From: an uncultured Actinomycetes bacterium
Lineage (GTDB): Bacteria; Actinomycetota; Thermoleophilia; Solirubrobacterales; Thermoleophilaceae
Reading direction: 5' to 3'
DNA length: 64,000 nucleotides
NCBI GenBank assembly: GCA_963724205.1
Contig: CAVRTK010000004.1
Span: 303,830 to 367,829, forward strand
The notes under the pieces were generated by a model. The model saw only the letters and a program-made list of their open reading frames with translations. It was not told the DNA's origin and did no database searches. The translations under genes were made by a program, and so were the position numbers. Below, in pieces: positions 1 to 10,408 of this stretch (position 1 is its first letter; every line of letters starts with the position of its first letter).

Positions 1-104
1 CAGATCTCCCGCGCGCGTGCGTATGAGGACGACGTCGGTCTCACCCGCGCGGGCGGGGAGCATCTGCCCCGGCGCGAGGTCGCGAGAGGCGCAGACGTCG
101 TGGG

Positions 105-1166
105 TCACGCGGGCGCGCCCGCGTGCGCGGGCAGGCGCGCGTAGAGCGCGGCGGCGTTGTCGTGCAGGATCCTGCGCTTGAGCCCGTTGTCGAGCCGGTG
201 GGGCAGCGAGTCGGCGGGCGAGTCGAAGTCCCAGTGGGGGTAGTCGCTCGAGAAGCAGATCAGCTCGTCGGACTCCATCTGGCCGATCAGGGTCTCGAGC
301 TGCGCGGGCGTGAACTCCTCGATCGGCTGGCTGGCGAAGCGCATCTGGTCGCGGATGGTGCGGCTCGGCGCGCGCTTGACCCACGGCACCTCGTGGCGCA
401 GCTCGCTCCACTGCTGGTCCGCGTGCCACATGAGGTGCGGGACGTACGAGAAGCCGCCCTCGACCAGGATCACCTTGAGCTCGGGGTAGGACTCGAAGAC
501 GCCGTTGAAGATCAGCGAGACGGCCTGCGACATGAAGACCTGCGGCACCAGCGTGTGCCACTCCGCGTAGTAGCGGTGGAAGCCGAGCGCGGTCGGCGAG
601 TTGCCGCTGTGGTGGATGCCGACCACCAGGCCGTGACGCTCGGCGGCCGCGAAGATCGGGTGGTAGCGCGGCTGCCCGTAGGCCTGGTCGCCGATGTAGA
701 GCATCACCTGGACCATGCGCGGGTGGTCGGCCAGCCGCTCGATCTCGCGCACCGCGCCGTCGACGTCCCAGGGGTTGACGTGGATCGAGCCGAACAGCCG
801 CGGGTCGCGCTCGACCCAGTTCTCGATCTCCCAGTCGTTGTAGGCGGAGACGAGCGCGGTCTTGAACTCCACCCAGCTCTCCTGGGTGGACGACACGTTC
901 AGCCAGCCGGTCAGGATCCCCGCCTCGACGTCGTACAGGTCGAGCACCTGCTCGCGCAGCAGGCCGAGGTCGGACCCGCCGGGGCGGCCGTCGCCCGGCT
1001 TCGCGTCCGCGCGGTCGAGGCCGCCCGCCGTCGGCTGCGTGTAGGGCAGGCGCTCCTCCGGCTTCCAGCCGTAGTCCGTCACGTACTTGTGCCAGACGGA
1101 CGGCAGGTACGGAAGGAGGTCCTCGATGCCGGCGACCTCGTGGATGTCGGTGTCGATGACCGGCAC
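105..1166 (-). CDS. amidohydrolase family protein (amidohydrolase-2/ACMSD-like metal-dependent hydrolase)
   Basis: Single uninterrupted 353-aa ORF. Motifs such as HPRMVQVMLYIGDQAYG and GLVVGIHHSG are typical of TIM-barrel amidohydrolase-2 proteins. Confidence 0.8.
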   Translation of the reverse strand: MPVIDTDIHEVAGIEDLLPYLPSVWHKYVTDYGWKPEERLPYTQPTAGGLDRADAKPGDGRPGGSDLGLLREQVLDLYDVEAGILTGWLNVSSTQESWVEFKTALVSAYNDWEIENWVERDPRLFGSIHVNPWDVDGAVREIERLADHPRMVQVMLYIGDQAYGQPRYHPIFAAAERHGLVVGIHHSGNSPTALGFHRYYAEWHTLVPQVFMSQAVSLIFNGVFESYPELKVILVEGGFSYVPHLMWHADQQWSELRHEVPWVKRAPSRTIRDQMRFASQPIEEFTPAQLETLIGQMESDELICFSSDYPHWDFDSPADSLPHRLDNGLKRRILHDNAAALYARLPAHAGAPA

Positions 1167-1242
1167 GGCATCGAACCGTAGCCCATGTCTACCAACGCGG
1201 TCGGGATTCGCGGCTCACCGCTCGCGCTAGGGTCTGCGCGCG

Positions 1243-2472
1243 ATGCCGAAGCGCAGGACAAAGCGCGGGGCGGAGCGCACTCCGCTCGTCGATCGCGACG
1301 CCGACATCCTGATCTGCGGCGCGTCGTTTGCCGGGCTCACCGTCGCGCGCGAGCTCGCGGGCGCGGGCGCGCGCGTCTTGGTGATCGACCGCTACGAGGT
1401 CGGCGAGCGGCAGACCTCCGCCTGCGGGGTGCCGACGGAGTGGCTGCGCGCGCTCGGCCTGATGGGCGCCCACCGTCAGACGTTCCCCGAGCTCGTCATC
1501 CACACCCCGCACACCAGCGTGCGCTACGAGCTGCCGTGGACGTTCTCGACGTTCGACTACCGCGAGCTGTGCGCGCTGCTGGACGACCAGAACGACGCGG
1601 AGTTCGAGATCGCGAAGGTCAACGGGCGCACGGGCGACGTCGTCCACACCGACCGCGGCGACATCTCGGCGCCGATCGTCGTCGACGCCCTGGGCTGGAA
1701 GCGCATGCTCGCGGCCGGCCACTACCAGCCGCCGGATGCGCCGCTGTCGCGCGGGCTCGAGGTCCACCCGCACGGCGCCGGCGAGGACCTGGAGGTGTGG
1801 ATCGACCGCCGCTACGTGCCCGCGGGCTATGGCTGGTCGTTCCCCGCGCGCGACGAGGTGCGCGTCGGCGTCGGGTCGTTCGACCCCCGCTTCCACGTCA
1901 AGGACACGACCGTGCTGCTCGCCGAGGACCTGGAGCGCGACGCGGTCCGCTACCAGGGCAACTGGATCCCGCACAAGCTGCGCGACGGGACCGAGGACGG
2001 CGTCTTCTTCGTCGGCGACTCCGCCGGTCACTGCCTGCCGCTCACCGCGGAGGGCATCCGCACGGCGTTCTACTTCGGGATCGCCTGCGGGCGCGAGCTG
2101 CGCGCGGTCGTCGAGGGGCGCCAGTCACGCGCGGCGGCGCTGGCCCGCTACCACGACTTCAACGCCGCGCACCGCTGGAAGTTCGAGGCGATGCTGCGCG
2201 TGCAGCGGCTCGTCCCGCGCGTGCCCCCGCGGCTGCTCGCGCCCGCGCTGAACGCGATGGGCACGAGGTCGTTCGTCGACTGGTCGTTCGGCCACTACCT
2301 GCAGATCGCGCCGCCGTCGTTCGCGGGCGGCGCGCCCGCGCCCGGACCGTCACCGCGGCCCGGCGCGAGCTCGCGCGCGCGGCCTAGTCCGTCGTCGCCG
2401 TTGCGTCAGAAGCCGCGGCGCTCGCGGTCGCGGCGCTCGGCCAGCCGGACCTCGCCGGTGCGGTGGCGGTAG
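1243..2472 (+). CDS. FAD-dependent oxidoreductase, geranylgeranyl-reductase family
   Basis: N-terminal Rossmann dinucleotide-binding motif DILICGASFAGLTVARELAGAGARVLVIDR; GR-family body (FFVGDSAGHCLPLTAEGI). The last ~60 aa are low-complexity Pro/Ser/Arg and may be read-through after a missed stop or frameshift. Confidence 0.75.
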   Translation: MPKRRTKRGAERTPLVDRDADILICGASFAGLTVARELAGAGARVLVIDRYEVGERQTSACGVPTEWLRALGLMGAHRQTFPELVIHTPHTSVRYELPWTFSTFDYRELCALLDDQNDAEFEIAKVNGRTGDVVHTDRGDISAPIVVDALGWKRMLAAGHYQPPDAPLSRGLEVHPHGAGEDLEVWIDRRYVPAGYGWSFPARDEVRVGVGSFDPRFHVKDTTVLLAEDLERDAVRYQGNWIPHKLRDGTEDGVFFVGDSAGHCLPLTAEGIRTAFYFGIACGRELRAVVEGRQSRAAALARYHDFNAAHRWKFEAMLRVQRLVPRVPPRLLAPALNAMGTRSFVDWSFGHYLQIAPPSFAGGAPAPGPSPRPGASSRARPSPSSPLRQKPRRSRSRRSASRTSPVRWR

Positions 2473-2732
2473 TAGAAGCCCCCGAACCAGACCAGGCCCA
2501 TCACGATCGCGATCACGGTCGCGGCGATGGCGTCGCCGAGGTCGACCGCCCCCATCGCGGCGAAGAACAGGAAGATCGCGGCCAGGCCGCCGCAGACGGC
2601 GAACAGCAGCGACACGACGCCGCGCAGCAGGTGGCCGTGCTCCTCCTCCTCGGTGCGGACGTACGCGTGGCGCTCGGCCTGCGGACCGGCGGGCGCGGCG
2701 TTCTGGTCAAGGACTGGCGGTTCGAATCCCAT
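2406..2732 (-). CDS. small membrane protein, hypothetical
   Basis: 108-aa ORF with two hydrophobic helices (VVSLLFAVCGGLAAIFLFFAAMGAV and IAATVIAIVMGLVWFGGFYY). No recognisable domain. Confidence 0.4.
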   Translation of the reverse strand: MGFEPPVLDQNAAPAGPQAERHAYVRTEEEEHGHLLRGVVSLLFAVCGGLAAIFLFFAAMGAVDLGDAIAATVIAIVMGLVWFGGFYYRHRTGEVRLAERRDRERRGF

Positions 2733-2809
2733 GGTCGTGGCCTCCCTCCGAAGCGACTCTCCTGGCGCGATCCTACGCCTGCCGGCCGGACGTATCCAGC
2801 CTCTTGCGC

Positions 2810-3255
2810 CTACTCGCGCACGATCAGGAAGACGCCCGCCGCGAGCAGCATCACGCCGAGCACGCGGGGGACGCTGATCGCCTTCTCCGGGCAGGCCGAG
2901 CGCACCCCGCGCGGTCGAGCACCACGGCCATCGTCAGCTGGCCCGCGATCGTGGCGGCCGTGACGCCGCCGGCGCCGAGCTCGCGCACCGTCACCAGGGC
3001 GGTCGTGACGTACGCCGCACCCAGCGCGCCGCCGATCAGGTAGTACCAGTTGAGGTCGCGCGCATGGCCCAGGTCGCCGAGGCCGCCGCCGACCGTGACG
3101 CAGATCGCCAGCAGCAGCACGGTCCCCGTGGCGAACGAGAACGTGGCGGCCGCGAACGTCCCGATCGACTTGCCGAGCGTCGAGTTGATCGGCGCCTGCA
3201 TCGCGACGAGCGCGCCCGCGGCGGCCGCGAGGGGGACGGCGATCCACTTGTCCAC
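2810..3255 (-). CDS. DMT-superfamily membrane protein (YdcZ/DUF606-like), frameshifted
   Basis: N-terminus MDKWIAVPLAAAAGALVAMQAPINSTLGKSIG matches the YdcZ family. The C-terminal helix (EKAISVPRVLGVMLLAAGVFLIVRE) is in another frame from about 2905–2925, so one indel is needed. Confidence 0.6.
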
Positions 3256-3297
3256 GGGGGCACCGTTCGCCGTTTGCGCCCGATGCCCTGCGCGGGC

Positions 3298-3896
3298 CTA
3301 GCCGCGTGACCGCCCGGCTTCGAGCGCCTCCCTGTCCTCGCGCCGCATCCGCACGCTGATGCCGCCCATCAGCGAGAACGCGCGCACGTGCACGCGCGGG
3401 GCGCCCGGCGGCAGGTCCTGGACCGGCACCCTGTCGTCGTTGCCGCCCATCAGGGCGAAGCCGGTCATCTCCACGTCGACGCCGGCCGGGACCACGACGC
3501 TGACGCCGCCCATGATCGCCACCGCCGTGATGCGCACCTCGGGGGACTCCATCTGGGCGTGGCGCAGGTCGATGTCGGCGCCGCTCATCAGTGACACCGC
3601 GGTGAGCTTGGGGCCGGCGCGCCAGCGCCCGCGCAGGTTGCCGCCGCCCATCACCGAGACGAGCAGCGGCGCGGCTTGCGGCCCGACGGCGCGACCTCGC
3701 GCCCGGTCGCCGTCGCGGGCAGGTCGGTGGTCAGCTCGGCCAGCTCGGCGGCGGTCCTGGCGGCGTAGGCGCTCTCGACCCGCTCGTCGAGCTCGTCGAT
3801 CGTCAGGCGCCCCTCCCCCGCCGCATCCCTCAGGCGTTCCGCGACCCGCTCACGATCGGCGTCCGAGACGCGCAGGTCGGGCGGGTCGGGGGTCAC
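3298..3896 (-). CDS. DUF1707 N-terminal domain plus LiaF/YvqF-like C-terminal domain membrane protein, frameshifted
   Basis: N-terminus VTPDPPDLRVSDADRERVAERLRDAAGEGRLTIDELDERVESAY is DUF1707. The C-terminal part repeats LMGG(I/V)SV motifs typical of the LiaF C-terminal domain. The GTG start at 3896 overlaps the polA stop (GTGA). A frameshift lies near 3650. Confidence 0.6.
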
Positions 3897-6726
3897 TTCG
3901 CCGCCAGCCAGTTGTCGCCGGTGCCGAAGTCGACGGCCAGCGGCGGGTCCAGGTCGTAGGCGGCGATCATCTCCCGGCAGACGATCTCGGCCGACCTGAT
4001 CGGCCTCGGCCTCGGGCGCCTCGAACAGCAGCTCGTCGTGGATCTGGAGGACGAGCCGCGCCTGGAGCCCCGCGTCGGCGACCGCCCGGCGCGAGCGGAC
4101 CATCGCCACCTTGATGATGTCGGCCGCCGTGCCCTGGATGACCGTGCTGATCGCCAGCCGCTCGCCGAGCAGGCGGGTCTGGCGCTGGCGAGCGCGCAGC
4201 TCGGGGATGCGGCGCATGCGGCCGAACAGCGTCTTGACGTAGCCGTTCTCCTTGGCGAACTCGATCGTCGACTCGATCAGCTCGTTGACCTTCGGGAAGC
4301 GGCCCAGGTAGCGGTCGATGAACTCCTGCGCCTCGTCCTGGGGGATGTCGAGCCGGTCGGCGAGCCCGTAGGCCGACAGCCCGTAGACGACGCCGAAGTT
4401 GAACATCTTCGCCTTCGACCGCAGCCCGGGGTCGACCTGGTCGGGGGTGACGCCGAACAGCTGGCCGGCGGTGGCCGCGTGCACGTCCTCGCCGCGGGCG
4501 AAGATGTCGCGCAGCACCTGCTCCTCGCTGATGTGGGCCAGGATGCGCAGCTCGACCTGCGAGTAGTCGGCGCGACACGAGCAGGTTGCCGGGCTCGGCG
4601 ATGAAGCACTCGCGGATCTCGCGGCCCAGCTCCGTGCGGATCGGGATGTTCTGCAGGTTCGGGTCGGTGGACGACAGGCGGCCGGTGGTGGTCGCCGTCT
4701 GGTTGAACGTCGTGTGCAGGCGGCCGGTCTTGTCGGAGATCAGCTCGGGCAGCGCGTCGAGGTAGGTCGACTTGAGCTTCGAGTACTCGCGCCACTCCTC
4801 GATCTTGGGGATGATCGGGTGCTCGGAGCGGATCGCCTGGAGCACGCGCGCGTCGGTGCTGAAGCCGGTCTTGCCGCGGCGCTTCTTCGTCAGGTCGAGC
4901 ACGTCGAACAGGACGTGCGAGAGCTGCTGCGGCGACCCGATCGTGAACGGCTCGCCGGCCAGCTCGTGGATCTCGCGACTCGAGCTCGGCGATGCGCGCC
5001 TCGACCTTGGTGGAGATCTCGGCCGAGCCGCCGCGTGTCGAGCTTCACGCCGTGGCGCTGCATCTCGACGAGCACGTCGACGAGCGGCAGCTCGACCTCG
5101 TCGAACAGCCGGGTCAGCCCCTCCTCCTCGAGCCGCGCGCGCTGGCGCTCGGCGATCACGCGGGTGACGACCGCGCGCTCGGCCAGCTCGTCGCCGCCCT
5201 CGACGTTGGCGGCCAGGCCCTCCTGCTCGGCCAGCTCGCTGCAGCGGGTAGCCGCGCCGCGCCGGGTCGATCAGGTAGGCGGCGACCATCGTGTCGTGCT
5301 CGAGCGGCGGCGCCTGCGACGGGTCCTCGGCGCTGGCGATCGTCTTCCAGTCGTGGGCGACGAGCGGGCGATCGCCCCAGGCGAGCGTGAGCGCGGCGAG
5401 GGTCTCGGCCTCACCGGTCAGGACCTCGGCGCCGCCGTAGGCCGCGAACCTGAGCGTCGGCGCTGCGCAGGCCGCCGTCCTCCTCGCCCAGCGCGAGCTG
5501 AGCGGGCTCGCCCTGCGGAGCGGGCGGGCTGGTCTCGGCCTGCGGCTCCTCGGCGGTCAGCGTCAGCTCGGCGTCGAGCTCCGCGTCCAGGCGCTCGAGC
5601 TCCTCCTCGGCGGCCTCGCCCTCGGCGAGCATCTCGGTCAGCTCCTCCGCGGCCGGCTTGTCGGCCGACGCGCCGGCGGCGGGCTCGGCGCCGTTGCTGC
5701 CGTCCAGCAGCGGGCGCTCGGCGGCGAGCGTCAGCAGCGTTCCGGTCAGGCGGCCGATCTCGGCGGCGGGGACCTCGTGAGCGGTGGCCTCGACGACCTC
5801 GCGAGGCGCGCTCGCGCGGGGCGGCCTCCTCGGCGTCGCCCATCGCCTCCTCCAGCCGGCGCAGCGGGTCGCGCAGCTCGAACTCGCGGAACACCTCGCG
5901 CAGGCGCGCGCGGTCGGGCTCGCGGGCGATCGCGTGATCCAGGTCGACCTCGACGTCGACGTCGCGGACCGCGGTCGCGAGCTTCATCGACATGCGCGCG
6001 TCGTCCGCGTGGTTGGTCAGGTTCTCCTTGCGCTTGGCGCCCGGAGATCTCGTCGATCGACGACAGCACGCCCTCCAGCGACGCCGAACTTCTGGAGCAG
6101 GTCGGACGCGGTCTTGTCGCCGATGCCGGGGACGCCGGGGATGTTGTCGCTGGTGTCGCCCTTCAGGCCGTAGAAGTCGGGGATCAGCTCGGGGCCGATG
6201 CCGTAGCGGTCGATCACGGCCTGCTCGTCGTAGATCTTCGTCTCGGTGATGCCGCGGCTCGTGGCCATCACCTTCACGCCGTCCTCGATCAGCTGGAACA
6301 GGTCGCGGTCGCCGGTGACGACCATGACCTCGATGCCCTTCTCCCGGGCCTGCTTCGTGACGCGTGGCGATGACGTCGTCGGCCTCGTAGCCGGGGACCT
6401 TCACGTTCGTGTAGCCGAACGCGTCGACCAGCGGCTGCATGTGCGGCCACTGCTCGCTGAGCAGGTCGGGGCGCTCGCGCCGGCCGGCCTTGTAGTCCGT
6501 GGAGATCTCGTCGCGGCCGGACATGCCGGCGTCCCAGACGACGAGCGTGGGCTTCGGGCCGTACTCCGTGAGGATCTTCACGAGCATCGACGCGAAGCCG
6601 AAGATCGCGTTGGTCGGGAAAGCCCTTCGAGGTGGCGATCGTCTCGGGGAGCGCGAAGAAGGCGCGGTAGACGAGGCTGTTCCCGTCGATCAGGAACAGC
6701 TCGCGCGGGGATGCTTCAGGCGGCAC
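3893..6726 (-). CDS. polA: DNA polymerase I, with at least five frameshifts
   Basis: 5'-3' exonuclease N-terminus (MPPEASPRELFLIDGNSLVYRAFFALPE; GYEADDVIAT), Klenow-like middle, and polymerase motifs (RRAAKTINFGLVYG-like FGVVYGLSAYGL; LQIHDELLFE) are distributed over at least six ORF fragments in three frames. The C-terminal end ...DFGTGDNWLAAK* is reached only after a 1-nt correction near 3995. Confidence 0.85.
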
Positions 6727-7129
6727 GCGACGATCTTAGGCAGGGCACGGTTGCCGTGGTTGGCGCGTGCGTCGGACGCTTGCCCGCCCGGCACCCTCGT
6801 TCCTCGGGTGGACTCCCGGTCGGACAAGGTCCGACGCCCGCGCCTGAGCTCCGGCCTTCCCGTCCACGGCCCCAGCCGGCGGGCTCCGGCGTGCCCGGTC
6901 GGGCTTTGGCTGAGCTGGGCTAGTGGCGGGCGGGCGTGTGGACCGGCAGGCCGGCGCGCTCGGCGTCGGAGACCGTCAGCGGGCGCATCACGCCCCAGTC
7001 GCGCAGGGCGCTGCGGGCCGCATCCGCGTCGCGGACGCGCGCGAAGAAGCCCGGCACCGGGCGGCCGCGGACTGGCGGGCGAGGCAGCGGGCGCGCGCCG
7101 GGCTTGCGGCGGCGGCAGGCGAGCGGCTC

Positions 7130-7400
7130 GAGCGGCCGATCGGAAGACGACCACGACGTTCGGCAGCGACTGCACGTCGCAGAGGAACGGCAGCGGGGAG
7201 CGGGCGTTGCGGACGTACAGCCAGCCGTAGGTCTCGGCCTCGTCGCCCGGGAACGGCTGGGTCCACTCGAACTCGTGCGAGAACGGGAAGCGGAGCGTCT
7301 CGCCGCCCTCGCGGCGGCGGGTGTCGACGGCCGCGACCACGACGTCGTCGCGGTCGATGACGAGCGGCTCGGTCAGGAGCGACGGGTAGGACACGACCAT
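7130..7400 (-). CDS. hypothetical protein (conserved-looking ~90-aa segment)
   Basis: ATG at 7400, then MVVSYPSLLTEPLVIDRDDVVVAAVDTRRREGGETLRFPFSHEFEWTQPFPGDEAETYGWLYVRNA..., which is non-repetitive and protein-like. Flanking frames are Arg/Pro-rich junk. The end is uncertain. Confidence 0.3.
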
Positions 7401-7716
7401 CCGGTGCGGCTCCAGGCGCAGCACCGGCGACCGGCGCGAGAGACCGCGCAGCGCCGCGGCGGCAGGCGAGCGCGAGCGTCGCCTCCGGAGCCGGCGGGCG
7501 CTGCGGCTCGGCGACCTTGAGGTCATCGACCCCGATCGCCGCGGCTTCGCGGAGCTGATGGTCCATACGGACGCCATCGGGCCGCCCCGGCAAGGAGTCG
7601 AGCGGCCCGCCGAGAAGCTCGGCGGAATGGCCAGCTTCTGGCCGAAAACCCGTCTATATGATTGGCCGACCGGCCAGCGGAACCTCTCTCCCCCGCTCGG
7701 TCCGGACTCTCGCCCC

Positions 7717-9160
7717 ATGGCCTCGATCCCCAGCGCACAGTTCTCGCTGACGCTTCGCGTCGTGCTCGACCGGCGTCCCGGCGCGCTCGCGCGCCGTGGC
7801 CAACGCGATCGGCGACGCCGGCGGGTCGATCGGCGCCGTCGACATCATCGACCAGCGCGAGCACGAGACCGTCCGCGAGCTCACCGTCGACGCCACCGAC
7901 TCCGACCACTGGGACCGGATCGTCGCCGCGGTCGAGCAGGTCGCCCGCGGCCAAGCTGCTGGAGACGACCGACCGCACGCTCGAGCTGCACCGCGGGGGC
8001 AAGCTCTACACCGGCATGAAGAGCGGGATCAAGACCCGCGACGACCTGTCGATGGCCTACACGCCCGGCGTCGCGCGCGTGTGCCTGGAGATCGAGGCCG
8101 ACCGCGAGAAGGCCCACGAGTACACGATCAAGAAGAACTCGGTCGCCGTGGTGTCCGACGGCACCGCGGTGCTCGGCCTGGGCGACATCGGCCCCGAGGC
8201 GGCGATGCCGGTCATGGAGGGCAAGGCGGTCCTGTTCAAGGAGTTCGCCGACGTCGACGCCTTCCCGATCTGCCTGGACACCAAGGACCCGGACGAGATC
8301 GTGGCGATCGTCAAGGCCCTCGCCCCCACGTTCGGCGGCATCAACCTCGAGGACATCTCCTCCCCGCGCTGCTTCGACATCGAGAACCGGCTGATCGAGG
8401 AGCTCGACATCCCCGTCTTCCACGACGACCAGCACGGCACCGCGATCGTCGTGCTGGCCGCCCTCCTGAACGCCTGCCGCCTGACCGGCCGCCGCATCGA
8501 GGACCTGCGCGTCGCGATGGTCGGCGCGGGCGCCGCCGGCGTGGCCGTCGCGCGCATCCTGATGAGCTCGGGCGTCACCGACATCGTCGCCGCCGACCGC
8601 CGCGGGGCGATCCACCAGCGACCGCCCGGACTACGGCGACGGCACGATGAACACGCCCAAGGTGTGGCTGGCCGAGCACACCAACGGCGAGCCGCCGCGG
8701 CGGCACGCCGGCCGAGATCCTGGAGGGCACCGACCTGTTCATCGGCCTGTCCGGGCCGGGCATCGTCACCGCGCGGGACCTGGAGCGCATGAACGCCGAC
8801 CCGTTCGTGTTCGCGATGGCCAACCCCACGCCCGAGGTCGCGCCCGAGGAGGCGCAGCCCTACGCGCGCGTGATGGCCACCGGGCGCTCGGACTACCCGA
8901 ACCAGATCAACAACGTGCTCGCCTTCCCCGGGATCTTCCGCGGCGCCCTCGACGTGCGCGCTCCGAAGATCACCGAGGAGATGAAGCTCGCCGCCGCCCA
9001 CGGCATCGCGTCGGTCGTGCCCGACGACGAGCTCTCCGAGGACTACATCGTCCCGAGCGTCTTCAACCGCGACGTGAGCCAGGCAGTGGCGGCGGCCGTA
9101 GCCCATGAGGCCGAGCGCAGCGGAGTAGCGCGCGGCGCGGCCACGCTGACCACGCACTAA
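7717..9160 (+). CDS. NAD(P)-dependent malic enzyme with N-terminal ACT domain, frameshifted
   Basis: ACT-like N-terminus ([25 protein letters not shown]...[17 protein letters not shown]), then malic-enzyme core ([20 protein letters not shown]; [25 protein letters not shown]; [18 protein letters not shown]; [12 protein letters not shown]) and C-terminus ([19 protein letters not shown]). Spread over four ORF frames. Confidence 0.85.
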
Positions 9161-9172
9161 GGGGGTCCCGAA

Positions 9173-10084
9173 TTGAAGGTCGCCGTGACCGGCGCCACCG
9201 GATCGATCGGACGGGCGATCGTCGCAGCGCTGCAGGAGCGCGGCGACGAGGTCGCTGTCCTGTCGCGCGACCCGGGCAAGGCGACCGAGGCGCTCGGCGC
9301 CGACGTCGACGCGTACGCCTGGGCCGAGCCGGAGTCGAGCCCGGCGCCCGCCGAGGCGCTGGCCGACGCCGACGCCGTGATCCACCTGGCCGGCGAGCCC
9401 GTCGACCAGCGCTGGAACGACGAGTCGAAGAAGCGCATCCGCGACTCGCGCGAGCTCGGCACGCGCAACCTGGTGGCCGGCATGAAGGGCGCGGGCCCGC
9501 GGCTGCGCACGCTGGTCTCCGCGTCGGCGTCCGGCTACTACGGCCCGCGCGGCGACGAGCGGGTCGACGAGTCAGAGCCCGCCGGTGACGACTTCCTGGC
9601 CGACGTCGTCGTCCGCTGGGAGCGCGAGGCCCAGGCCGCCGAGGAGCACGGCATCCGCGTCGCCAACCTGCGCACCGGCATCGTCCTGACGCCCGAGGGC
9701 GGCGCGCTCGGGCGGATGCTGACGCCGTTCAAGCTCGGCGTCGGCGGCCCGATCGCGGGCGGCCGCCAGTACATGCCGTGGATCCACGTCGACGACGTCG
9801 TCGGCGCCTACCTGTTCGCCCTCGACAACGACGAGGCGAGCGGGCCGATCAACCTCTCGGCCCCGGAGCCGGTGACCAACAAGGAGTTCTCGAAGGTGCT
9901 CGGCAAGACCCTGCACCGGCCCGCGTTCGCGCCCGTGCCCGCGCTCGCGATCAAGTCGCTCTACGGCGAGATGGCGACGATCGTCGTGAACGGCGTGCGC
10001 ATGGTGCCCGCGCGGCTCGAGGAGCTCGGCTACGAGTTCCGCCGGGCCGATCTGGGCGGCGCGCTCGAGGCCGCTGTCGGCTGA
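9173..10084 (+). CDS. TIGR01777/YfcH-like NAD-dependent epimerase/dehydratase family protein (DUF1731 C-terminus)
   Basis: Intact 303-aa ORF with TTG start. KVAVTGATGSIGRAIVAAL Rossmann motif, and the overall layout is YfcH-like. Confidence 0.85.
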   Translation: MKVAVTGATGSIGRAIVAALQERGDEVAVLSRDPGKATEALGADVDAYAWAEPESSPAPAEALADADAVIHLAGEPVDQRWNDESKKRIRDSRELGTRNLVAGMKGAGPRLRTLVSASASGYYGPRGDERVDESEPAGDDFLADVVVRWEREAQAAEEHGIRVANLRTGIVLTPEGGALGRMLTPFKLGVGGPIAGGRQYMPWIHVDDVVGAYLFALDNDEASGPINLSAPEPVTNKEFSKVLGKTLHRPAFAPVPALAIKSLYGEMATIVVNGVRMVPARLEELGYEFRRADLGGALEAAVG

Positions 10085-10093
10085 GCCCCGCCG

Positions 10094-10408
10094 CTAGGCA
10101 GTGCCGGTGTCTTCGCCCTCGGCGGCCATCTCGGCGCGCGCCTCGGCGACCGTCTTGCCGCTGCGATTGCGGAACGCCCCCTGGAGCTTCCACTTGGAGT
10201 CGCGCCGGGGCGGGACGAGCAGCCAGAGGAGTGCGCCGAGCGCGGACAGGAAGAGGCCGGCCGCCAGCCCCGGCTTCTCGCCGTAGCCCTTGCGCTCCGA
10301 CAACCAGGACGCGGCGACCGTCGACGCCAGCCAGATCAGCAGCAGGTAGAGCGCGGTCTCCTGCAGCTCGCCGCGGCCGAACGCGAGGATGACGTGGTCG
10401 ATCGTCAT
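10094..10408 (-). CDS. small membrane protein, hypothetical
   Basis: The ATG at 10408 overlaps the stop of the upstream gene (ATGA). Two predicted TM helices (ALYLLLIWLASTVAASWL; GLFLSALGALLWLLV). Confidence 0.5.
   Translation of the reverse strand: MTIDHVILAFGRGELQETALYLLLIWLASTVAASWLSERKGYGEKPGLAAGLFLSALGALLWLLVPPRRDSKWKLQGAFRNRSGKTVAEARAEMAAEGEDTGTA

Noticed and set aside
1185-2387. 400-aa plus-strand ORF overlapping the FAD oxidoreductase in another frame
   Set aside because: It is an Arg-rich shadow frame of the genuine 1243–2472 gene, which has the Rossmann motif.
4714-5937. 407-aa plus-strand ORF
   Set aside because: It is antisense to polA polymerase-domain fragments. The translation is dominated by Arg/Ser/Pro runs.
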